64,000 bases of DNA. It comes from a virus. Its lineage: Duplodnaviria; Caudoviricetes. The position numbers and the translations under genes were made by a program. The notes under the pieces were generated by a model that was not told the DNA's origin, did not search any database, and saw only the letters and a program-made list of their open reading frames with translations. Numbering within the stretch: position 1 is the stretch's first letter; each line of letters starts with the position of its first letter. The DNA is taken from positions 1 to 64,000 of IMG/VR virus record IMGVR_UViG_3300020037_003306. One strand, given 5' to 3'. Shown here in pieces: positions 30,143 to 37,788 of this stretch.

Positions 30143-30607
30143 TTATTTACCTAGATACCACCGTTCACCTTTATAAGCAACAGCAGGGTTAATGAAATAG
30201 ATTTGATTACTTGCAGTACGAGCTAAAACGTTATGCTCAATTAAGGCTGCAATTCCTTTATAAATTGGACTAGCTGTATTGTATTCAGTATGACTTAATA
30301 CTTCGTCTATAATAATAACTACTTGGTCATTACCATATCTAATTCCATGTTTACAAATAAATACAAATACAACTATTCCAGCACGGTCAACATGAAGCAG
30401 AAAGTCAAACTCGAATAGTTTGATAAAAGGAGTACGGTCAATATTATGCTCTTTAGCGTATACAACCTTACCCTTATTATTACCTTGAGAATCCGTTATA
30501 TGAAAGTCTGTATCTTGAATCTTGACTATTTTAGTCGATTCTTGAATAAACATACCTACAAGAAAGGGATTAGTTTTGTGTATAGGGTAATCTTTAATTG
30601 CTTTCAT
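30143..30607 (-). CDS. RepL-like winged-helix DNA-binding protein
   Basis: IYKGIAALIEHNVLART..IYFINPAVAYKGER resembles the RepL-type C-terminal motif. Confidence 0.6.
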   Translation of the reverse strand: MKAIKDYPIHKTNPFLVGMFIQESTKIVKIQDTDFHITDSQGNNKGKVVYAKEHNIDRTPFIKLFEFDFLLHVDRAGIVVFVFICKHGIRYGNDQVVIIIDEVLSHTEYNTASPIYKGIAALIEHNVLARTASNQIYFINPAVAYKGERWYLGK

Positions 30608-30610
30608 ATC

Positions 30611-31324
30611 TTAGTATTTTGGTAGTTCCATATTAACGTAATAAGGAGGCTGTCTATTTTGTTCATAAAGAGTATAACTATAAGGTTTGACAAAGTTTCT
30701 ACGAAAGTCAATCCAAATGTCTTTGTAAAGTTGAATGCCAGTAATATCAACAAGATGTTCAATGATTGTATATTCAACGATGAATTGAACAAATTGGGCA
30801 AAGGTAAATGTGTATTGGTACTTAAAAGTATTATGAAGGAAACGATTAAAGCCAACATTAAAGAAAATGAAATTTTGCGTATTATAACGCATACGGTAAT
30901 TATCATCTTCAGTAATATTAAAATTTAGAGTTTCATAACGATATTGACGTTGAAATAATTTTAAATAGTGTTGAGTAACTATTTGTAAATCATTATTAAT
31001 TTTGAAAGTGTTATCAATTTGATAATCAAATTTAACTTCAATTTCAGCAGCTATATTAATATGAGTATTTATACTTATATTAAGTGATAGTTTACCAAAT
31101 TCAAAATTAAAAATGTTAATTAATTCGTCAACAGGTTCATCTTTAAATTCTCCAAGTCTTAATCCTTCGATTGTAATACATTCACTAAGTACAAGTACTA
31201 AGTCAATATTTTTATCAAATGAACCATTAGGTATTTCAGCAAATATACCTAATAAACTACTAGCAACAAGGGCTTCTTTATTGTTTAAATTGCTAAGGGC
31301 TATTTGTTTAATTTTGTTAAGCAT
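30611..31324 (-). CDS. Hypothetical early protein (237 aa)
   Basis: ORF track. Confidence 0.75.
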   Translation of the reverse strand: MLNKIKQIALSNLNNKEALVASSLLGIFAEIPNGSFDKNIDLVLVLSECITIEGLRLGEFKDEPVDELINIFNFEFGKLSLNISINTHINIAAEIEVKFDYQIDNTFKINNDLQIVTQHYLKLFQRQYRYETLNFNITEDDNYRMRYNTQNFIFFNVGFNRFLHNTFKYQYTFTFAQFVQFIVEYTIIEHLVDITGIQLYKDIWIDFRRNFVKPYSYTLYEQNRQPPYYVNMELPKY

Positions 31325-31354
31325 AGTAATATTAGGATTAAAAACTCATTATTG

Positions 31355-31386
31355 CAAATTTATGGCTGTTTTTGTTCAATTTGCAA
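31355..31386 (-). promoter_or_regulatory. Bacteroidota sigma70-type promoter
   Basis: The - strand reads TTG-N21-TAAATTTG, matching the established -33/-7 (TAnnTTTG) consensus, ~30 nt upstream of the 31324 ATG. Confidence 0.6.
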
Positions 31387-31504
31387 GCTGGGTTCTCTAA
31401 ATGAAAAAATACAGGTATTGATTATCAATGAGTTATGAAGGTTTTATGACTATATCTTATGTAATGGTCAGAAGCAATTTAGTACAGGCGAAAATACCGT
31501 AATA

Positions 31505-31936
31505 TTAAGCCTCAAACTTTTGTGTAAGACTACTTTTATACGTTTTATCAAATAAAACTTGATTGAAAGTACTAATAATTTGATACTTACGAATACCATT
31601 AGCTTTCATTTCAATAGAAATTGTAGTATATAGAGTACTTTTAAGTGTACCATATAAAGCACTTTTAAATACAATTGTAATTCCTTTTGAACTTTGAGTA
31701 TAAGATTCAAGTTGTTCAATTTCATCACGCAAACTATTATCCATACCTTCCAATACTCCTTCGATAATAGAAAGATTAGTAGAATGTATTTGACTACCAT
31801 AATCATAAATATCAGATTTACGAGTAAGCCTTTTTCGCAGACTTTCACTAATAGGTAATTTATACCATTTAGCTTTAGGCACAGGAATGCCTTTTTTCCT
31901 AGGTGTTTTTGCACCAATGATTTTAGTTATTTTCAT
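31505..31936 (-). CDS. Hypothetical early protein (143 aa)
   Basis: ORF track. Confidence 0.75.
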   Translation of the reverse strand: MKITKIIGAKTPRKKGIPVPKAKWYKLPISESLRKRLTRKSDIYDYGSQIHSTNLSIIEGVLEGMDNSLRDEIEQLESYTQSSKGITIVFKSALYGTLKSTLYTTISIEMKANGIRKYQIISTFNQVLFDKTYKSSLTQKFEA

Positions 31937-31939
31937 TTG

Positions 31940-32284
31940 TCAATGAGTTTTACCAGTTAATTTAAAGATTTTATATGTAGAAGGATTGCTAATAATAAAT
32001 TCATAAACAAATGTAATAATATCAAATTTAGAAATAAATTTATTATGATTAAAACCTATTCTAAGTTCTTGAATTTCAAGGGTTTTATTTATTTCTAAAA
32101 TGATTTTATGTTTATTAGCTTTAGTAATTTTTATATCAGAAAATACATCTATATATGTAAATGAATGTAATACTTCATTAATAGTTTCGTCAGAAAGTAA
32201 AATACCAAATTTACTTTGAATGTGATTAGAAACTTTAGTTAGTATTATATCAGCAATTTCAGGTAAACAGTTACGGTTTTTCAT
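31940..32284 (-). CDS. Hypothetical early protein, tandem paralog A
   Basis: MKNRNCLPEIA...DIITFVYEFIISNPSTYKIFKLTGKTH. Confidence 0.8.
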   Translation of the reverse strand: MKNRNCLPEIADIILTKVSNHIQSKFGILLSDETINEVLHSFTYIDVFSDIKITKANKHKIILEINKTLEIQELRIGFNHNKFISKFDIITFVYEFIISNPSTYKIFKLTGKTH

Positions 32285-32287
32285 TTG

Positions 32288-32620
32288 TCAATGAGTTTTA
32301 AGAGTGAGTTTATAAATTTCATAAACAGAAGGATTTGCAATGATATAATCATAAATAGTTTTAATAATATCAATATTAGAAGTATATTCTCCATTAGTAA
32401 TGGTAGAAGGTAATTCTTTTATTTTATTAAGATTATTTACTTGAGTTAATACTTTAGCTTTTAAATGAAGAATATCAGTTTCGTCCATGTAAATAAAAGA
32501 TGCTAAAATACTTACTATTGTATCATTAAAAATAACTAAATTATGATGTTCACGGATTGATAAATCAATTTCAGTAATTACAATTCCAGCGATTTCTTTT
32601 AAACAATTTTGATTTTTCAT
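32288..32620 (-). CDS. Hypothetical early protein, tandem paralog B (start 32620)
   Basis: MKNQNCLKEIA...DIIKTIYDYIIANPSVYEIYKLTLKTH; homology to paralog A fixes the start. Confidence 0.8.
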   Translation of the reverse strand: MKNQNCLKEIAGIVITEIDLSIREHHNLVIFNDTIVSILASFIYMDETDILHLKAKVLTQVNNLNKIKELPSTITNGEYTSNIDIIKTIYDYIIANPSVYEIYKLTLKTH

Positions 32621-32630
32621 TTGATTTAGA

Positions 32631-33029
32631 TTAGTAAGGATACCAAATAATATATTCAGCTCCATTTGTAATACCTTTGTCAAGGTCGGTTGGAAGAAAT
32701 ATTATTTGAGTGTTGAGAAATTTGAAAATAGATTCGTTAGGTTGCATTTCACGAAGATAGAAACCAAAGCCTTTAATTGAATAAATTTGAGGATTATCAA
32801 CTTTAGTTTTAAAGTTATTGATATGCCAAATTTTACCGTAATCATTGAGAGCAACAGGTCCGACTCCTTTAAGAGGTTGTTGCATTCTGTGAAGGTAATC
32901 AAGTTCTGCGAATGTATTTTGATTAGTTGTGATACATTCAAGAATTTCTACAATTTCACTAAAATTAATTTTAGTTTCTGTATTTAATTGTTGCATGATA
33001 TTTTGACTAAGATGATTTATTGTTGTCAT
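32631..33029 (-). CDS. Hypothetical early protein (132 aa)
   Basis: ORF track. Confidence 0.7.
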   Translation of the reverse strand: MTTINHLSQNIMQQLNTETKINFSEIVEILECITTNQNTFAELDYLHRMQQPLKGVGPVALNDYGKIWHINNFKTKVDNPQIYSIKGFGFYLREMQPNESIFKFLNTQIIFLPTDLDKGITNGAEYIIWYPY

Positions 33030-33041
33030 GGTTGTATTTGC

Positions 33042-33569
33042 TTATGTAGTGATTTCAATAGGTTGGATAAATTCTTGTTCAACAAGGAAATTGTAAAGTT
33101 TGATTATTAATCGACTGTGAAAGAAAGCTGCACTGTATTGACCAAGATTTTTATTATTTATATCGTCAATAGTAGTTTGCATTTCAGCTTTTGTTAATTG
33201 AACTGTAATAGTTGTATAAGAAGGTTCAATCAAGGTTATTTCGAGAGGGTCATTAGTTTCAACTTTAATTTGTAATTGTTCAAGTGTAACCCACATTTTA
33301 CAATTATCACGATGAGGAGATTTAAAAGTAAAATGAAGATTATCGTTAGTTTGAGGTTCAAATGTATGTGAAAGGATATACTCTTTCATTTTCATTGAAG
33401 CGATTTGAAGACTAGGTTGATTGTGTTGAATAGTTGTTTGTAATTGTTTGAGTGTATCGGGATTATTTGTTAGGTAATCGAGTGTACCTTTAACAATTTT
33501 AGTATCTCTATCCTCAATAAAACCGTGTTCGCTAATTATATTGTTAGTAATTGTTTCCTTTATTGTCAT
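33042..33569 (-). CDS. Hypothetical early protein (175 aa)
   Basis: ORF track. Confidence 0.75.
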   Translation of the reverse strand: MTIKETITNNIISEHGFIEDRDTKIVKGTLDYLTNNPDTLKQLQTTIQHNQPSLQIASMKMKEYILSHTFEPQTNDNLHFTFKSPHRDNCKMWVTLEQLQIKVETNDPLEITLIEPSYTTITVQLTKAEMQTTIDDINNKNLGQYSAAFFHSRLIIKLYNFLVEQEFIQPIEITT

Positions 33570-33593
33570 GGCTTGTTGTATGTTTTGAAATTG

Positions 33594-34094
33594 TTAAAAA
33601 GAAGCTTGCATTATAATATTACTAAGTTTATGTAAACTGTAATCAGGAGGTTTAATGCGAAAATCATGCTTAGTCTTTTTGTGAAGTTTGCTATAAAGAG
33701 CGAGGATAAATTGAGTAGTAATGAAATCTTTAAGGAAATTTACTATGTTCAATTGATTAAGATTTACTCGATTAACTTCACAAAACTTGTCAAGATATTC
33801 TATAAATGGAACACGATAATTATCGTTATTTGTTTCAATGAAATGAACTACACTGATTTGAAAATGTAAATCTTTTAGTTCATCAATATCCATTATATAA
33901 TCGCTATTAAGACCGTTAATAAGAATAACATAATGTAAATGTTTGTTGTTATTAAGGAATTGACTAAGGCGTTTATTTTGTTTATAAGGATATGGACATG
34001 GATTGATGTAACGATTATCACGTCCAAATGGATTGATTTTAATATCGTTAGGATATTCTATTTTGTGATTATTATGCTCGGCTTTTAGATACAT
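33594..34094 (-). CDS. Hypothetical early protein (166 aa)
   Basis: ORF track; first gene downstream of the G-less leader. Confidence 0.75.
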   Translation of the reverse strand: MYLKAEHNNHKIEYPNDIKINPFGRDNRYINPCPYPYKQNKRLSQFLNNNKHLHYVILINGLNSDYIMDIDELKDLHFQISVVHFIETNNDNYRVPFIEYLDKFCEVNRVNLNQLNIVNFLKDFITTQFILALYSKLHKKTKHDFRIKPPDYSLHKLSNIIMQASF

Positions 34095-34291
34095 GGTTGT
34101 ATGTTTTGAATTGGTTTGTAAGATTGTGTTGTATGTTTAAGGTGTATAAGGTGTATATTGATGGGTAATTTTAGACCTTTAGGAGTAGTAGGAGAAATGG
34201 GAACAAGGTGGATAAAAGGGAAAAGGTTTATATTTATGGGGAAGTTGATGTGTAAGATTGTATATGAGGATTAGGAGGAAGTGGGTATAGT
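34095..34291 (-). other. Compositionally extreme tract (only 3 G in ~197 nt on the - strand)
   Basis: Counted directly: 3 C on the + strand across this interval. Confidence 0.9.
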
Positions 34292-34311
34292 CAACGCCAT
34301 ACACTCCCACC

Positions 34312-34629
34312 TCAAACACCATATTCTTTCACAATATCAACTTTCATAATATTAACATCTTCTTTCCTAATCAAACCTTTCAAATCAAGTATGGTAACTT
34401 CACACTCTATTGTAAAAGGTCTAAAATCGACAGCAAGCACTTCAATTTTATTCTTAACAAGCATCTTCAAAAGTTGTTCAACAGTCCAACCACTATTACC
34501 GTACCTTTTAACCATTTCTTTAATGAACCTTTCACCATCACGAACAGCAGAACCATAAGTTTTAAATAATTCAGCTCTAACAATAGTAACATAATCAGCT
34601 TGTGTAACATTACAATATAGATTTAGCAT
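34312..34629 (-). CDS. Hypothetical protein (105 aa)
   Basis: ORF track. Confidence 0.7.
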   Translation of the reverse strand: MLNLYCNVTQADYVTIVRAELFKTYGSAVRDGERFIKEMVKRYGNSGWTVEQLLKMLVKNKIEVLAVDFRPFTIECEVTILDLKGLIRKEDVNIMKVDIVKEYGV

Positions 34630-34981
34630 AACATTAGTTTTAGTTTTTGATTTAATATTGTTTCAAATTTCAAATTTCGATTGTTCTTTAGTATAATTGT
34701 CCTTTAGGCTTTGATTATACATAGTATTACCGTTATTAGCAAGGTATTACGTTACAAAGATAATAAATATTATGGACATTGCGAACATGACGACTGTTAA
34801 ATGTTTATAAAATGTTAGTAGTATTATATTTGTTGCTATCATTGCGAGCATGACGAACATTACAGACATTTATCAACATTATTATTACTATAATCATCAA
34901 CGGTTGTAGCTGCCTAGCATAATTGACAACAAGCGGAGCATTTATTGCTTGCAATATTTCAGTTGCTAGTTTGACCGTAGG

Positions 34982-35001
34982 TCAAACCTTAGCAGGTGGT
35001 T
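34982..35001 (-). promoter_or_regulatory. 20-bp motif, copy 1 (candidate phage early promoter)
   Basis: TCAAACCTTAGCAGGTGGTT on +; one mismatch to copy 3. Confidence 0.6.
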
Positions 35002-35021
35002 CAAGTTTATGGTATTTTGTA

Positions 35022-35075
35022 GCTTAATTACCAAAGGTATATTGCCTTTCAGCAATATACCTTTGGTAATTAAGC
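35022..35075. repeat. Perfect 24-bp inverted repeat with a 6-nt loop
   Basis: GCTTAATTACCAAAGGTATATTGC-CTTTCA-GCAATATACCTTTGGTAATTAAGC. Confidence 0.95.
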
Positions 35076-35263
35076 GGTATATTAAGAACTCGGTTAATGT
35101 AGCATTTATGGTTAAGATTAAAGGGGCAATTATGGTTATACGCAACGCCTGCAACAAACACACCAAGTTGTCCTATTGTATCCAATTGGGCAGTAATTTT
35201 ATTATGTAGTTGGGCAGACAATTACTTGGGTTTATCATCAAGAGTTTCAGTAAGCCGATTACC

Positions 35264-35295
35264 AAAAATCCCGCACCGCTCCTAAGAGCGGCACG
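35264..35295 (-). terminator. Intrinsic terminator after the 188-aa gene
   Basis: - strand CGUGCCGCUC-UUAG-GAGCGGUGCG (two G.U pairs) followed by GGAUUUUU. Confidence 0.75.
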
Positions 35296-35313
35296 AAATT
35301 CACGATATATATC

Positions 35314-35880
35314 TTACTCAAGGTCTTCATCTTCAGTTGTATCAACAACAACTTTTGGAGTTTCAACTTTTGGAGAAGGAGAGCCTTTTCTACGACCTTT
35401 TCTCGCTTCAGCAAGTTCACGTAAACCTTGCTCACGGTTTAAATCCGCAACATAAGCTTTAGCGTCTTCGCCAAGTACAAGTTCAAAAGATAAAGTATCA
35501 GTTCTCCAATGAGCGGTAGTATGATACATTAAACCGTCATCGCTAGAAGGGTCTTCAACTTGCTCTCCTGTTTTGAAATCAATAACAGGTGCGCCTTCTT
35601 CAACCCAAACTGCATTTACGCTCAATTTGCTATCATCAAATGAAGCACTAATTGCGTCCGCAAGAATATTGACATTGGTAGCACGCAAGTTTTGAGCAAA
35701 ATTGTTAAGATGGTCTTCATTGAATTGAAATACACCTTTAGGATTGCACTCGACACCTTCTTCGCATTTTACAGTAAGTTTGCCATTTTTATTGATACGA
35801 GTATCAATAGATTTGACAACAAAAGTAAAAGTAGTAGGTTTTTTAGCAACTGGTTTAGTTTTTTTAGCTGGATTAGCCAT
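35314..35880 (-). CDS. Hypothetical protein (188 aa) with a basic N-terminus and an acidic C-terminal tail
   Basis: MANPAKKTKPVAKK...DTTEDEDLE; flanked by its own motif copy and terminator. Confidence 0.85.
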   Translation of the reverse strand: MANPAKKTKPVAKKPTTFTFVVKSIDTRINKNGKLTVKCEEGVECNPKGVFQFNEDHLNNFAQNLRATNVNILADAISASFDDSKLSVNAVWVEEGAPVIDFKTGEQVEDPSSDDGLMYHTTAHWRTDTLSFELVLGEDAKAYVADLNREQGLRELAEARKGRRKGSPSPKVETPKVVVDTTEDEDLE

Positions 35881-35921
35881 AATGTTTGAAAATTTAAAAA
35901 TTTAAAAATATTGTTTATTAA

Positions 35922-35941
35922 TCAAAACTTCGCAGGTGGTT
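35922..35941 (-). promoter_or_regulatory. 20-bp motif, copy 2
   Basis: TCAAAACTTCGCAGGTGGTT on +; 41 nt upstream of the 35880 ATG. Confidence 0.65.
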
Positions 35942-35977
35942 AATTGTTTATGGTTAAAAGTATCAGTAAGGAAATAT

Positions 35978-36011
35978 AAACTCTTGCTGTCAATGAAGAC
36001 AACAAGAGTTT
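35978..36011 (-). terminator. Terminator-like hairpin
   Basis: AAACTCTTGCTGTC-AATGAA-GACAACAAGAGTTT; the mismatch is G.U on the - strand. Confidence 0.7.
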
Positions 36012-36015
36012 AATA

Positions 36016-36633
36016 TTAAAATGCAACAGACTCTTCATAGTTATGAAGTTGTACAGCAGTTGCTACATTTGCAGTAATATTTTCTGCGTGTACAATATCT
36101 TCAATATGTACAGTTTCAAGTTCTATTGTACGAGTTTTATAGTTTCGTACTTTAAAACTGACATTAATGCCATTATCAACGTAATTAACAGTACCTACAA
36201 CTATTTTATTTAAGTAGTGTAAAGATACATAATCAGCTTGTTCAAGTTGACCCCAAATTTTATCTCCGTCAATGAAAGTATCTTGTTCAGCAGGAAATGG
36301 AACATGATTATCCTTTTTTCGTAAGTCAATAGTATCCAAAGGAGTTTCAATTTTAACCCAACCATTGATAGTACTATACAAATCGCCAAGAGCTTGAGCA
36401 TTGTCTTGAATTGGGTCAATGATAGTTTCAACAAGTTTAACAAAATAATCAGTATTAATATTGTTAGATAGCGTAAAACTATTACCAAGTAATATCTGTT
36501 TAATACATTCATCAACACTGCGAATCCCTGTAACTTCTTTACTTTCAAATGGAGTAAGAAACAATTTGAGAAGTGCTTTTACAACAACATCAACACTCAA
36601 TTGATAAGTAAACGTTTTATTATAATTTTTCAT
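36016..36633 (-). CDS. Hypothetical protein (205 aa)
   Basis: ORF track. Confidence 0.8.
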   Translation of the reverse strand: MKNYNKTFTYQLSVDVVVKALLKLFLTPFESKEVTGIRSVDECIKQILLGNSFTLSNNINTDYFVKLVETIIDPIQDNAQALGDLYSTINGWVKIETPLDTIDLRKKDNHVPFPAEQDTFIDGDKIWGQLEQADYVSLHYLNKIVVGTVNYVDNGINVSFKVRNYKTRTIELETVHIEDIVHAENITANVATAVQLHNYEESVAF

Positions 36634-36720
36634 AACAACTAGATTTTATAAATGAATAATAAGATTAGTAAGAATATCCTCTCTAGTACATCTACGGTGT
36701 ACATTATCGAGAGGATTATA

Positions 36721-37143
36721 TTATTGAAGAATAGTAATATGTTTTGGAGCATATATAATATACTCCGTTTGAACAGTTGCTTCTTGATTATCAACAATAA
36801 TAGTTTTTACAGTTGGCGTATCAAGATGTACATTGCGAAATGCACTATCAAATGTAACAATTGTTGAAAGTGTAGAATTGCTCTCAAGTACAGAAATAAT
36901 TCTATTAGATTTATTATGAGTTACTGTAACAGTACACTCGATGATAATTCTATTAGATTTAGTTTCAACAACTTCAACTCTTCCTTTCAATGAATGAGAA
37001 AGAGTTTCAACATTGTCAAGATTATAAGTTTTGGCGAATGTAGTTGTAGATTGAGCTTTCAAAAACATAGGTATCGAAGTAAACACCATTACAATTATCA
37101 TAATGATAATCAATTTTAAATTAGAAGGTTTTGTAACTAGCAT
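36721..37143 (-). CDS. Putative exported protein with a signal peptide (probable start 37143)
   Basis: MLVTKPSNLKLIIIMIIVMVFTSIPMFLKAQ- has a Sec-type signal ending KA|Q, followed by a beta-rich mature part. Confidence 0.65.
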   Translation of the reverse strand: MLVTKPSNLKLIIIMIIVMVFTSIPMFLKAQSTTTFAKTYNLDNVETLSHSLKGRVEVVETKSNRIIIECTVTVTHNKSNRIISVLESNSTLSTIVTFDSAFRNVHLDTPTVKTIIVDNQEATVQTEYIIYAPKHITILQ

Positions 37144-37177
37144 GATTATAAGTATTAAGAATAAGAGAATTTGTATA

Positions 37178-37197
37178 TCAAAACTTAGCAGGTGGTT
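37178..37197 (-). promoter_or_regulatory. 20-bp motif, copy 3
   Basis: TCAAAACTTAGCAGGTGGTT on +; 34 nt upstream of the 37143 ATG. Confidence 0.65.
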
Positions 37198-37399
37198 AAT
37201 GATTGTGTTCATTGTGGAATGTAATGGAACAATGAATACAATCAATATGTTTATGGTCTTCGTTCCTATTGAGTCCTACATCAACTGTATAATATAGATT
37301 GTCATTTCGATTATGTGTAGTTCTATATCCTAGTTTGTCGTTTCAATTCTATATAATTGTACTGTTATGTTTGGATATGTTATGCACATTAAGCGTATA

Positions 37400-37590
37400 A
37401 CTATCAAGCAGCACATCACTCCTCAAAGTAATACCATTATCTTTATGAAAGTTTAAAAGTTTATAAGCTTGAGCAATGGAAAATAATTATTTTTAATTAT
37501 TTTCTTGCGAAAGATTATATACTTTTAAACTTTCATAAAGATACCCGGGGTATTCAATTTACTTTGAGGAGGGAGGGGGTGATTGATAGT
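37400..37590. repeat. Long imperfect inverted repeat (~190 nt hairpin) at the transcriptional divergence
   Basis: Paired arms 37438-37460/37521-37543 (23 bp perfect), 37419-37430/37560-37571 and 37400-37407/37583-37590; central GAAAATAATTA-TTTT-TAATTATTTTC. Confidence 0.9.
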
Positions 37591-37788
37591 ATCACACCCA
37601 CGTACCCACACTTTCTACAACTTCAACATCTTCACATTTACACACGCTAACAACTCCTATCTTATACAAATACACATTCATACCTTCTACTTCTCAATCA
37701 TTTCCACCTTCACCATCATATACACCTTAACCTTCACAACCTTCCTCAACACCTTCAACATACCTCAAATTCCATACCTTATATATAT
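37591..37788 (+). other. Compositionally extreme tract (only 2 G in ~198 nt on the + strand)
   Basis: Counted directly. Confidence 0.9.

Noticed and set aside
35024-35221. 65-aa - strand ORF across the perfect palindrome
   Set aside because: It starts downstream of a terminator, has no clear leader and runs through the palindrome, so the coding evidence is weak.
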